Source of the DNA: Octopus vulgaris
Taxonomy: Eukaryota
Assembly: GCA_951406725.2 (NCBI GenBank)
Contig: OX597814.1
Location: 5,270,001-5,334,000, forward strand
Direction: 5' to 3'
Length of the DNA stretch: 64,000 bases
Shown piece by piece: positions 26,521-39,341 of the stretch. The notes under the pieces were generated by a model, which worked only from the letters and a program-made list of their open reading frames with translations, made no database searches and was not told the origin of the DNA. The translations under genes were made by a program, and so were the position numbers. Every line of letters starts with the position of its first letter. The stretch's first letter is position 1.

Positions 26521-26977
26521 TATATATATATTTGTATGCATGTCCATATATATATATCATCATCATTTAGCGTCCGTTCTCCATGCTAGCATGGGTTGGA
26601 CGGTTCAACTGGGGTCTGTGAAGCTTGGAGGCTTCATCAGGCCCAGTCAGATCTGGTAGTGTTTCTACGCCTGGATGCCCTTCCTAACGCCAACCACTCC
26701 GTGAGTGTAGTGGGTGCTTTTTACGTGCCACCCGCACAGGTGCCACTGGCACGTAAAAAGCACCCACTACACTCAATAAATATATATAGTTCTTAAATTT
26801 GACAGAAAGAGGGAGGCTGGTTCGCTGGTACAGAGGTAATACACTTAGTCACTTTAATAAAAGGACGTGGGTTTGAGTCCCATGTAGATAAGAAAGCCTC
26901 CTTTTTTCTGTCGAGGGCTTATATGCCCCGTTATTAGACTATTTTCCTTAATCATCGCATGAAGATCGCCATAAGCT

Positions 26978-27317
26978 TTAACCCTTTCATTACTGTATTT
27001 ATTTGAGATGCTCTGTGTTTCTTTCAATTAATATTAAATATAACAAAGAATTTAGTAAAATAACTTAGTTATCATTCAGTTAGTGTTAGGAACATAAATT
27101 GTGACTTAGTTTTGGTAAAAAATTTTAATTCAAAACTTATGAAAACAAGACGTAGGAGTGGCTGTGTGGTAAGTAGCTTGCTAACCAACCACATGGTTCC
27201 GGGTTCAGTCCCACTGCGTGGCACCTTGGGAAAGTGTCTTCTACTATAGCCTCGGGCCGACCAAAGCCTTGTGAGTGGATTTGGTAGACGGAAACTGAAA
27301 GAAGCCCATCGTATATA

Positions 27318-27386
<69 letters not shown>

Positions 27387-27634
27387 TTGTCCCCCCAACA
27401 TCGCTTGACAACCGATGCTGGTGTGTATACGTCCCCGTAACTTAGCAGTTCGGCAAAAAGAGACCGATAAAATAAGTACTAGGCTTACAAAGAATAAGTC
27501 CTGGGGTCAATTTAATCGGCTAAAGGCGGTGCTCCAGCATGGCCGCAGTCAAATGACTGAAACAAGTAAAAGAGTAAGGCATTTGTACTCAGAGCCAGAG
27601 TTGGTTTCAGTCAGGTTGGTAGTGAAAGGGTTAA
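26978..27634. mobile_element. TTAA MITE interrupted by a SINE (27150-27577)
   Basis: MITE halves rejoin as in the intact copy 3570-3800. Confidence 0.8.
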
Positions 27635-28852
27635 GCTTATATAAAAATACCATTATTATTATTTACAGGATTGTAAAATACAGCATCAAATAACAAAACC
27701 ATTTGCACTGAAAGCATATATATATATCTATCTTTTACTCTTTTACTTGTTTCAGTCATTTGACTGCAGCCATGCTGGAGCACCGCCTTTAGTCGAGCAA
27801 ATCGACCCCGGGACTTATTCTTTGTAAGCCCAGTATTTATTCTATCGGTCTCTTTTGCCGAACCGCTAAGTGACGGGGACATAAACACACCAGCATCGGT
27901 TGTCAAGCAATGCTAGGGGGACAAACACAGACACACAAACACACATACATACATATACATATATACGACAGGCTTCTTTCAGTTTCCGTCTACCAAATCC
28001 ACTCACAAGGCATTGGTCGGCCCGGGGCTATAGCAGAAGACACTTGCCCAAGATGCCACGCAGTGGGACTGAACCCGGAACCATGTGGTTGGTTAGCAAG
28101 CTACTTACCACACAGCCATTCCTATATATATAAGTTCAGTAAAAATTTAGATCCAGATGAATATGGTACTTAGGTTGAAGGCACCAGAATTTAGTATGGT
28201 ATTATCCATACAATTTAAAATAAGGTGATTATAATCACCTTATATGTATATATAAAGGGAAAGTTTACGAAAATAAACAAAAGACGAAGGCAGGTGGAGC
28301 ACAAACTAACAAATGTATTAGTATAGCGCTCAGGAATAGAAAAAGTCTTTTATGTTTTGAGCCTACACTCTTCTACAGAAAGGGACACAGAAAAAAACAA
28401 GGAGAGAACAAAATGTGTGTAGGATCTAACGATCTATCATGGCGCCCTGACTTCGGACATATATATACACACACACACACACACATATATGTGTGTGTGT
28501 GTGTAACAAGAATGTCCAGGTATTAGTGCATTACAGCTGTTTCAAGTGGCTCCATTTAATTGACCAATGCAAGCATTACATCAATTTGAAATAATCCGCT
28601 CTCCTCGGTCACAGAAGACCATAATAAGTTTTCAACATACAGGATGCTCCGTTATAATTTTTTAGCAAATTTTTCATCAGAACTACATAGGCGTAGGAGT
28701 GGCTGTGTGGTAAGTAGCTTGCTTACCAACCACATGGTCCCAGGTTCAGTCCCACTGCGTGGCACCTTGGGCAAGTGTCTTCTACTATAGCCTCGGGCCG
28801 ACCAAAGCCTTGTGGGTGAATTTGGTAGACAGAAACTGAAAGAAGCCTGTCG

Positions 28853-28883
<31 letters not shown>

Positions 28884-29459
28884 TTGTGAGTCTGTGTTTG
28901 TCCCCCCAACATCGCTTGACAACCGATGCTGGTGTGTTTATGTCCCTGTTACTTAGCGGTTTGGCAAAAGAGACTGATAGAATAAGTACTGGGCTTACAA
29001 AAGAATAAGTCCTGGGGTCGAGTTGCTCGATTAAAGGCGGTGCTCCATCATGGCTGCAGTCAAATGACTGAAACAAGTAAAAGAGTAAAAGAGTAAAGAG
29101 TAACTAGAGAATGAAAGAATTACATTTCTTACTGCTATTATTGTAGCAGAATGAACTTAGGGAGAAAATACGTAAAGCCTACAACAATTGAGAGTGGCAG
29201 AATGGGGGGCCAAGAAAAAGTAATGGCGATACAGCTACATTCATCTTTGTCTTTATCACAATCAAAAGATCCAATAGAGAATGTATTTTACAACCCTTGG
29301 CATTAAAACTATTGGGAATTGACAGTTAAATTCTTGCTGCTGGTGGGAAATCAATTAACGCCAGATGCTTATTCCTTATTCCTATTTTACTGTGACTATA
29401 AATTCTCCATGTCTACATGAAATGAAAAAATAGACATAGGATAAACCCAGTGCAAGCTA

Positions 29460-30480
29460 GAGACACATATGAGAGGTTGGTGAGAGCTGTTCAATCCATG
29501 TACAGGGGTGCTGTCAGTAAGTTGAGGGTTGGCAAGAAGTACAGTGAAAAATTCCGGCTAGAAGTAGAGGTTCACCTCAGCCCCCTCTTATTCATCATAG
29601 TCCTCCAAGCAGTAACCAAGGAATTCAAGATAGGCTGCCCCTGGGAGCTCCTCTAAGCTGATGACTTTCCTATAATAGCTGATTGACTATCAGAACTAAA
29701 GAAATTTCAGGCATGGAAGCAAGGTCTAGAATCAAAGGGCCTTAGAGTTGATCTAGAAAAAAAAACAAAGTTTTAGTAAGTAGGAAGGTTGACAAATCAC
29801 GAATTCCTTCAGGTGGGTGGCCCTGCTTGATCTGCAGAAAAGGTGTAGGTAGAAACTCCAAAAGATAAACCCAGTGCAAACTATGGACACATAAGAGGTG
29901 CAGCAATGTAAAAGGTAGGTTAACCGGGAAGATAGTTGTTGTGTGTGGCAGATGTATAGGTACAATAAGCACTAGAAATGTACAGAAAATAAACTCCATC
30001 AAATGTCTGTGAAGGGGACCTAGAAGTAGTTGACAGCTTCTGCTATCTAGGTGAACAAATTAGCAGTGGAAGTGGATGCTCCAAGAGCATAGGTGCAAGA
30101 ATAAGATTAGGTTGGGCAAAGTTCAGAGAGCTTTTACCTTTGTTGGTAATGAAGAGCCTCTCCCTCAGAGTGAAAGGTAGACTGTACGATACCTGTGTGC
30201 AAACAGCCATGCTATACGACAGTGAAACATGGGTTGTGGCTGCAGAGGACATGCAAAGGCTTGAAAGAAATGAAACTAGTCTGCTTCACTGGATGTGCAA
30301 TGTCAGTGTGCATGTATGGCAGAGTGTAAGCATCTGGAGAGAAAAATGGTGCACAAGAGGCATCAGATGTGGTGTGCAAGAGAGAAGACTGCACTGTGGA
30401 GGGGACATGTGGAAGAGATAGACCCAAGATAGACAAGGGACAAGGTGGTGAAGAATGATCCTCAAACATTGGGCCTCATG
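29460..30480 (+). mobile_element. decayed RTE LINE 3' half
   Basis: LSPLLFIIVLQA...GCPWELL; SLRVKGRLYDTCV. Confidence 0.88.
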
Positions 30481-32276
30481 GACCTTTGGGCAATATTCTG
30501 TGCTTAAGAAGACCCATCGAGCCAAGTGAAATTGTAGTTGTGGCTGATGCCAGTGTTACGTAAAAAGTACCATACAAACTTTGGGCCACACAGAGGTGAT
30601 AAGTTTCTGAGACCCCTGGCAATTTACCATGCTTGAGAAGACCCATCAAACCAAGTGAAATCATAGACGATGCTGGTGTCACATAAAAAGCACCCATTTC
30701 ACTCTTGGAGTGGCTGGCATATGGAAAGGCATCCAGCTGTAGAAACTGTGTCAAATCTGACTGGAACCTGGTGCAGCTCTCCAGCCTATCAGTTTCAGTC
30801 AAACCGTCCAACCCATGCCAGCATGGAAAGTGGATGTTAAATGATGATGATGATTTACATTTTCTACTAATAATTCTTTAGAGAGAAATTTCTTGAAATA
30901 AGTGTTTTATTTTGTTATGTCCAATAATGTTGAACCAAGAGTTTTAGAGTTGCCTGACTCTAAAGTATTTACGAGAGGCCATTTAGCTCTGGAAGCCTTC
31001 TTCAACCGAACAACCAAGTTTCTTTCCTTGAACAGGTTCCCCTCTTAGAAATTACTTATCACATGACCATCAGCCTGAGTCATGTGATGTGGTAAGCATG
31101 TAAATTGTGTGTAGCAGACAACACTGCCATATGAGTGATATATACACGAAAGACAAATTATAAGAAAGGTTTTAAAATGCACCATATATACATACACACA
31201 CACACATATATATAGATATCCTTGATAAAAATTTTAAAGACTACATGTTTATTATAGACTTCTGGTCACACATGCGGAATGATATACAGCAACTAGCCTG
31301 AGCATTACCTGCACTATACATACACATGTGTGTCCCAATGAATTTCTTTCGTCATAATTTAAAGAAAAGCATACTTATTTAATGAGATTTTCTATAAAGA
31401 TGCTTCAGATGGTATAAATTCCAATTCTATTGGAATTTGTTGTAAAAAAAAAATCTTTCAAAACAAATATCTGACATGTTGATACATGTCAGATATTTGT
31501 TTATGTCAGCAATTTTTATTTTCATATTAAATTCCAATATTATCGTAATATACAGACTCTTAAAGGTATTTGTGGAAATTTTCATTTAAAAATAACCATT
31601 TTCCCAAAAGTTCTCATCATCATCTTTTAACGTCTGTTTTCCATGCTGGCATGGGTTGGAAGGTTCAGCTGGTGTCTGGGAAGCCAGGAGGCTGTACCAG
31701 GCTCCAGTCTGATTTGGTAGTGATTCTACAGCTGGATGCCCTTCCTAATGCCAACCACTCCGTGAGTGTACTGGGGGCTTCTTACGTACCACTGGCACAG
31801 GGGCCAGAGGAGGCTGGCAACGGCCATGATCGGTTGGTGCTTTTTACGTGCCCAAAGGAACCAAATTTGACTGGTGTGAATTTTCTGAAACTCCTCTCTC
31901 CACTTCCTCAAAAACATTTTTTTCACAACAAATTCCGAACTTACTGGAATCTACACCATCTGAAGCCTGTTTTAATAAATGTTTTAAGAAAAAAAGGAGG
32001 AGGAAGATCACATTTTACTAACCAGTTTCATTGTTTTCAGACTTTGAAAGTTTCAAGTATGTTCTTCAATGTATTTTTAATTCCATGTGGTAGAAGAAAC
32101 AGATGGAAATAATCTTATATAGCCTTGTCACTATATAAAAGGTCAGGGGGAAATGACTACAAGTTAGCATGTATTCTCTTGCTAAATCATGTTTTCAGAA
32201 AGGAATATCATTATTTATATGGAATAAAGTAGTTCTTTTAAGAGAGAGAGAAAAATGTTTACTTGTTTATTTTCAG

Positions 32277-32395
32277 AAGCCACATCATTAAACCCATCCC
32301 TTCCTGGTCCACAACAGAAAGCAACCCCTATGACGTCCAGAGAAAATGCTGGCATTAAAATAAACCTAAGGATTGATTCAATTTCTAATGCATCT
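32277..32395 (+). CDS. macro-PARP (PARP14/15-like) gene: linker and start of macrodomain A
   Basis: tttcag|..ATSLNPSLPGPQQKATPMTSRENAGIKINLRIDSISNAS|gtgagt; in-frame ATG at 32330; upstream exon not identified. Confidence 0.8.
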
Positions 32396-32673
32396 GTGAG
32401 TAAATAGATTCATGTAACTTATTTATATTTAATTGTTATTTCATTTCCAAATGAGGAATCATTAAAGTTAATTAAAACATTTTCTCAATCAAACTCAAAC
32501 ATTTCATTTCCTTCACATCTGATATCTTGAGTATATCTTTTGCTAACTTTAACAACCTCAAACTTACTACAGCCATTCTGTAGAGCCTTCCTTAACAATA
32601 TCAACTGCAACAATGTATCTCTCTTCTCTCCATGGAATGTTCCTTAGCTGTTTACCATTAATTACTTTTCTAG

Positions 32674-32901
32674 GTTGATATCATTGTTAACAGCAGCAAT
32701 AAACAGCTCCAGCTTAATGATGGTTCTATCTCCAAATCTATTCTCAATGCTGCTGGTCCCCAGATGCAAGATGAATGTAACCAGAAATATCCTCAAGGTA
32801 TTTCTACGTTTAAAATAGCCATCACTAAAGGATATAACCTCAACTGTAAGAATGTATTTCATCTGGCATTACCTCTCTGGGGTGAAAATTCTTCTGATTC
32901 A
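32674..32901 (+). CDS. macro-PARP: macrodomain A, exon 2
   Basis: tag|VDIIVNSSNKQLQLNDGSISKSILNAAGPQMQDECNQKYPQGISTFKIAITKGYNLNCKNVFHLALPLWGENSSDS|gtaagt; macrodomain DxIVNxxN and GxxLxCKxVxH motifs; 228 bp. Confidence 0.92.
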
Positions 32902-33480
32902 GTAAGTATCAATCATATGATATTGATTTATTGAAACAGTTAATGTTTGAAGAGAACCTTATGCATGTTGTGTGAGAATCATAAAGCAAATGTCAGCATC
33001 CTGTTTAATATTTGTTCTTCCAAGTTATCATTGGAAGGAAGCAGAAGATATCGATGAACAGGACACTTTTATATATAAATAGAAGGAAAAAAGCCTCATG
33101 GCCTAACAACAGTTATGTGACTGATAAATAAGACTATATTAAAACATATTTCTCTGTTTTACTCTCTGTATTGGTGAGTTTTTCTCTGTCATGGCACGAG
33201 CACTAGAGAGGTTGTCATGTCCTCAACAACACTAAAGACTCCTCTTGGGTCTGCATTGTCTCTCTTCATTCACCAACCATTTTACACGGTGGATTGGGTC
33301 TGTTTTATTGTAGCAGCATCATGAGTGAGGTTGCCTTGTCCCTTGCAGGACTAAAGAGTGATAGGAATGACAGTTGTGAGGAGAGAATATATTTATTACA
33401 ACTAAATGGTTTCTTCCTGTTATAAGAAAATAATTTAATAAAATGTCTATTACCATTTACTAGACAATTACTTTTTTTAG

Positions 33481-33708
33481 ATTCTGGCAAACTTGACTCA
33501 AATAATAACCATTTGTCTGGAAACTGCGGAGAGAATGGGTGCAAAAAGCCTTGCATTTCCTCTATTAGGAGCTGGAAAATTGAGGTACCCCATTGAACAA
33601 CTACCTGGAATTATGTATGAAGCTGTGAAAAACTACTCAAATCAAAATTCAAGCCAGATCAAAGATGTTTACTTTGTTGTTTATCCTCAAGACACAGAAA
33701 TAGTAAAG
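33481..33708 (+). CDS. macro-PARP: macrodomain A, exon 3
   Basis: tag|ILANLTQIITICLETAERMGAKSLAFPLLGAGKLRYP...IKDVYFVVYPQDTEIVK|gttggt; SxAFPxxGxG loop; 228 bp. Confidence 0.92.
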
Positions 33709-34486
33709 GTTGGTTGTTGTATTTGTTGTTTTATGCAGCACAGGGAGGGGGGAGAAGGTGCTGAAAGGAGGTGGGAGGAGGAAAGGTAGTCAGGATGGGG
33801 TTGGGGTAGTATTAATACCAAAATATAATCTTTACACCTTTCCACTGTAACAAAAAGATGAAGGAAATTTCTGTCCCCTGTCGAACTGTTTGTGAACCTT
33901 TTCCTCTTTGAATCTTTTCTCTTTTCTTTGTTATGAAGGACCACGGTCTGAATTGTCAGGTTTCCTCTCATTCTTCCTTACAATGTCAAAATAATTACCT
34001 TGTACTCCTGTTTGTTCCTGAAATAGTTTTGGACAAACAGGATGTAACAAGAAAAACCCCAAATTCAACATTCTTGATAGACATTTTGACTGCAAACACA
34101 AGATCCAACAGTTCTAACCATGATGGTAACTGGACAGGAAAAACGGTGGAACTTCAGCCACATGAAGACACCATTACCACATGTTTAACTGCAATGACAC
34201 CACATCGGTGGCCATGTAAAGTGTGGGAGGTTTTTCTGCTGCATTCACTCTGTTACCATATTGACATAGGCCTCTCATCTCCCAGAAGACAGGAAGGCCA
34301 TGGATGGAATATCTTTGATCTGAGTGACAAAGTAATTTTCCTCATTTCCTTATTACAGAATAGAAATGACTCATTAAATATTTCAAATATTTTGTTTGTC
34401 TTTTGTTAAATTAAATCTATTCTTTTTGCAAAAATGGGAAAATAAAACATAAAAATGATTCTCATTGTTTTTTTCCTTTTTAAAAG

Positions 34487-34541
34487 AAATTTCATGAATA
34501 TCTCCTAAACAGACAGAAAAATGAAGGACTTCTTCCAAGAG
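34487..34541 (+). CDS. macro-PARP: 55-bp exon closing macrodomain A
   Basis: aag|KFHEYLLNRQKNEGLLPR(E)|gtaaac; phase 0-1 bridges the two cassettes in frame. Confidence 0.8.
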
Positions 34542-34606
34542 GTAAACAATTTGTTTGTTAATATTGAATATTATGGTGCCTTGTCATGTCTTTCTCTGTT
34601 AAAAAT

Positions 34607-34902
34607 TAATAATAATAATAATAATAATAATAGTGATAATAATAATAATAACGATCACCATCACCATCACCATCATCATCATCATCATTATTATTATTAT
34701 TACTATTATTATTATTAACGTAGCAAGCTGGTATTTCGTCTGCTGCTACATTCTGAGTTCAAATTCAGCCGAGGTCGATTTTGCCTTTCATCTTTTCAGG
34801 GTCAATAAATTAAGTACCAGGTGAACGCTGGGGCTGATGTAATCGACTCACCCATTCCCCAACATTGCTGCAAAATTTGAAACTATTATTATTATTATTA
34901 TG

Positions 34903-34980
<78 letters not shown>
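34607..34980. repeat. compound trinucleotide microsatellites (AAT/CAC/CAT/TAT; TAT/TAG) around a SINE
   Basis: direct reading. Confidence 0.9.
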
Positions 34981-34981
<1 letters not shown>

Positions 34982-36296
34982 TGTTGATCTGGCAGAATCG
35001 TTAGCACACTTGATGAAATGCTTAATGGTATTTTACCAATTGCTACATTCTGAGTTCAAATTCTGCCAAGGTCAGCTTTGTCCTTCATCCTTTCAGGGTC
35101 AATAAATTAAGTACCAGTGAAACACTGGGGTCAATGAAATACTCCCCCAAAATTTCAGGCTTTGTGCCTTTAGTAGAAAGGGTTATTATTCTTATATTTT
35201 ATAAAGATTGACATAACCTCTCATTAAGGACCAGGTGATGCATTGTATTCTTGAGCAAAACCCTTCACTTCATGTTGCTCCAGTCCACTCAGCTGACAAA
35301 ACTGGACCCTATTCCAGCCTGGATGTTTCCAGTTTGGGGTTTTTGTTGTTTCCTCATTTGATATCTGAACCCTGCTTCTCCATCCTCGAGTCATGCATCC
35401 GCTTTCTATATCTTCTTACGGGGCTTCCCTCCATCATGAACAGGTTAACTCAAAAAAATAACACCCTGACAGCTGTATTCAATGCCTGAGTCCATTTTGT
35501 TCTAGCAGCTGTATAATGAAGACTGGGCCTGTGCTGCTTAGCCACGGGGCACCTTCTGGGTGACAGTCTCTCACCTGTAGTTTTGTCCTCGTTTATGCTG
35601 TTCTTTGTATTCTTTTATTCATTACTCATGCAGAAGAAAGTGTTGATAAGGTGTCACAACCCCCAGTGTTTTTATCAAGACACCATCTCTAGTGGGATCT
35701 TTTAAAAAAAGACTCAAATGGACCCCTTCAACCCTCAAGAGTTTAAAAGAGCTATCCTGCACTGGACACCAGCCTAGTATGCAGATAGGAGAAGTGTTAA
35801 ACATGAAGCCTGGCAGAGTAAGGTGTATATAAGAGGTGGGGAGGGGGAGATTAGTGAAAGCAGAGAAAGGGATGATCGATGGAAGGTTGTATGGACGGAG
35901 ATGATGATGCAAGTGAGGCAACTGGTATTAGCGAAAGGGTGGTGGTGGTGGTGGTGGTGATGAATATGTGCAGATTCTGCTGTCAAATGGTTACAGCAGC
36001 AAAGTAGGACCGTAGTTAGAAGAGTAATGGAGGGATGGGTGTTAGGAAGATGAGATGTGGTGAAGGGGATGCTTCACAGGGACAGATGTGGGTGTAGGGC
36101 CCAGCATGGGCATGAATAACCACAATGCATTTAGGACCTCACTTTTGCTATGACAGATGTGTGTTTTTGTATCATTTTGTTCAACTTGGACCAGGATGGA
36201 ATATGGACATTAAACCATGATGGGATAATGAGAATAATTGGTCTATATATATATGTATATATATGTATATATATGTGTGTGTGTATATATATATAC

Positions 36297-36327
<31 letters not shown>

Positions 36328-36443
36328 CATTTGTGTGTGTGTATATATATAATGTCTATATTTAAGAAGAGATATGTGTATATATGTATATATATTTATG
36401 TGTCTGTATATATATACAGACACAGATATTTGTTTGTTTTCAG

Positions 36444-36580
36444 AAACCCCATCACCAAACCCATCCCTTCCTGATCCGCAACAGAAAGCAGCCCCTATGA
36501 CACCCAGAACTAATGTGACGTCCAGAGAAAATGCTGGCATTAAAATAAACCTAATGATTGATTCAATTTCTAATGTATCT
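36444..36580 (+). CDS. macro-PARP: linker and start of macrodomain B
   Basis: ttcag|(E)TPSPNPSLPDPQQKAAPMTPRTNVTSRENAGIKINLMIDSISNVS|gtgagt; paralog of 32277-32395 with an 18-bp in-frame insertion. Confidence 0.88.
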
Positions 36581-36861
36581 GTGAGTAAATAGATTCATGT
36601 AACTTATTTATATTTAATTGTTATTTCATTTCCAAATGAGGAATCATTAAAGTTAATTAAAACATTTTCTCAATCAAACTCAAACATTTTATTTCCTTCA
36701 CATCTGATATCTTGAGTACATCTTTTGCTAACTTTAACAACCTCAAACTTACTACAGCCATTCTGTAGAGCCTTTCTTAACAACAATATCAACTGCAACA
36801 ATGTATCTCTCTTCTCTCCACGGAATGTTCCTTAGCTGTTTAACATAAATTACTTTTTTAG

Positions 36862-37089
36862 GTTGATGTCATCGTTAACAGCAGCAATAAACAGCTCCAG
36901 CTTAATGATGGTTCTATCTCCAAATCTATTCTCAATGCTGCTGGTCCCCAGATGCAAGATGAATGTAACCAGAAATATCCTCAAGGTATTTCTACGTTTA
37001 AAATAGCCATCACTAAAGGATATAACCTCAACTGTAAGAATGTATTTCATCTGGCATTACCTCCCTGGGATGAAAATTCCTCTGATTCA
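36862..37089 (+). CDS. macro-PARP: macrodomain B, exon 2
   Basis: 228-bp copy of 32674-32901 (VDVIVNSSN...LPPWDENSSDS), GT-AG intact. Confidence 0.92.
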
Positions 37090-37669
37090 GTAAGTATCAA
37101 TCATATGATATTGATTTATTGAAACAGTTAATGTTTGAAGAGAACCTTATGCATGTTGTGTGAGAATCATAAAGCAAATGACAGCATCCTGTTTAATATT
37201 TGTTCTTCCAAGTTATCATTGGAAGGAAGCAGAAGATATCGATGAACAGGACACTTTTATATATAAATAGAAGGGAAAAAGCCTCATGGCCTAACAACAG
37301 TAATGCGACTGATAAATAAGACTATATTAAAACATATTTCTCTGTTTTACTCTCTGTATTGGTGAGTTTTTCTCTGTCATGGCACGAGCACTAGAGAGGT
37401 TGTCATGTCCTCAACAACACTAAAGACTCCGCTTGGGTCTGCATTGTCTCTCTTCATTCACCAATCATTTTACATGGTGGATTGGGTCTGTTTTATTGTA
37501 GCAGCAACATGAGTGAGCTTGCCTTGTCCCTTGCAGGACTAAAGAGTGATAGGAATGACAGTTGTGAGGAGAGAATATATTTATTACAACTAAATGGTTT
37601 CTTCCTGTAATAAGAAAATAATTTAATAAAATGTCTATTACCATTTACTAGACACTTATTTTCTTTTAG

Positions 37670-37897
37670 ATTCTGGCAAACTTGTCTCAAATAATAACCA
37701 TTTGTCTGGAAACTGCAGAGAGAATGGGTGCAAAAAGCCTTGCACTTCCCATATTAGGAGCTGGAAAATTGAGGTACCCCATTGAACAACTACCTGGAAT
37801 TATGTATGAAGCCGTGAAAAACTACTCAAATCAAAATTCAAGCCAGATCAAAGATGTTTACTTTGTTGTTTATCCTCAAGACACAGAAATAGTAAAG
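37670..37897 (+). CDS. macro-PARP: macrodomain B, exon 3
   Basis: 228-bp copy of 33481-33708 (ILANLSQ...SLALPILGAGKLRYP...TEIVK). Confidence 0.92.
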
Positions 37898-39299
37898 GTT
37901 GGTTGATGTTTTTTTTGTTAGTTGTTTGATGTTGATTTTCTTGGAATTTACCAAAGTGATATTCCACAATCATCATCATCATCAGGCCCAGTCTGATCTG
38001 GAAGTGTTTCTACGGCTGGATGCCCTTCCTAACGCCAACCACTCCGTGAGTGTAGTGAGTGCTTTTTACGTGCCACCTGCACAGGTGCCAGCCGGAGCTG
38101 GGAAACGGCTACGGATGGATGGTGCTTTTTACGTGCCACCGGCACGGGGGCCAGGCAAAGCTGGCAACGGCCACGATCGGATGGTGTTTTTTATGTGCCA
38201 CCGGCACGGGAGCCAGTTGGGGCGGCGCTGGCAATGGCCACGATATGATGGTTCACTTACTTGTCACCGGCACTGGTATCACAGCTGCAATTTCCATTGA
38301 TGTTGATCGACTTCGATTTTGGTTCTGATATCTGATTTGATTTGGTTTGATTTTGATTTTGATTTGGATTTTCACTTGCCTCAACGGGTCTTCACAAGTG
38401 GAGTTTTGTGTCCCAAGAAGGAAATGTATGTATAAGTCGACTGGCTACATACGAGGTAGAGGCCACGGGTTATGGTCTCACTAGTCTTGCCGGGTCTTCT
38501 CACGCACAGCATACTTCCATAGGTCTTGGTCTCTAGACATTTTCTTGGTGAGACCTAAAGTTCGAAAGAAAAGAAATAGAAATGATCCTCATAATCATTT
38601 ACAGCCCTTGTTCCATTTTGTAATGGGTGCAACATTTTGACTGGCTCCAATGAGCCACAAGGGTTTATTGAACCCCAGTGTCTGCTTTGGCATGGTTTCT
38701 ATGGCTGGATGCCATTCCTAGTGCCAACCACTTCACAGCATGTCCTGGGTACCTTTCTTCGTGCTACCTTTAATGCTGTTCATCATATTTTGTTGTGCTT
38801 TATCCTTTCATTATACCATTTCCCATCACCAAATTCTTGCTTCTGAAATATTCCATTGTAACATTTGAAGCTAAGAATGTTTTGCTTGTTGTTGTTGTTG
38901 TTGTTGTATCCAAAACCAACTCTACAAGAATTGGTAACACTGAAGGACTTCTTTGCAGTTTGGCTGCTGATTTTATTGTTGTTATTTAACCCTGAGTCAG
39001 TTCTGATTCAGCAGATTTGAAGTCAGTGATGTCTGTCTTCCTTTCACTCTTTTCCTCCTCCTCTTCCAAGCTGCCACAATCATGACACATTTAAACAATG
39101 CCACACCAATAATCTCTGTCTGCCTCCTCCCCCCCTTTCACTGTGTTTCTTGTTCTGTGCCTTTTCCAATAACATCAATGTAACTGAGTGGAACTCAAAC
39201 CTCCTGTCGGAGTGGGGAAATCTCCAAAATATAAAATCTGATACGGTCGAGAGTTCAACAAAGTTCAACAAACCCTACATCTAGCAGATATGGGTGGAA

Positions 39300-39300
39300 T

Positions 39301-39341
<41 letters not shown>

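Larger units (their letters stand above)
32265..33716 (+). repeat. macrodomain cassette copy A (3 exons plus 2 introns)
   Basis: near-identical to 36432-37905 through exons and introns. Confidence 0.95.
36432..37905 (+). repeat. macrodomain cassette copy B
   Basis: near-identical to 32265-33716. Confidence 0.95.

Noticed and set aside
26820-26890. tRNA-like sequence (also ~51350-51430 and SINE heads)
   Set aside because: A/B-box-like segments only; I could not build a full cloverleaf with an acceptor stem.
28151-31411. Possible phase-1 micro-exons for the PARP 5' end (28151-28165 DPDEY; 31400-31411 DASD)
   Set aside because: AG/GT pairs of this size occur by chance; weak splice context and no homology support.
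32662-32862. Duplicated 66-aa minus-strand ORFs (also 36850-37050)
   Set aside because: Antisense shadows of the macrodomain exons.
33933-34409. 158-aa intronic ORF between macro exons
   Set aside because: No recognisable domain and no splice sites fitting the gene model; probably a decayed repeat.
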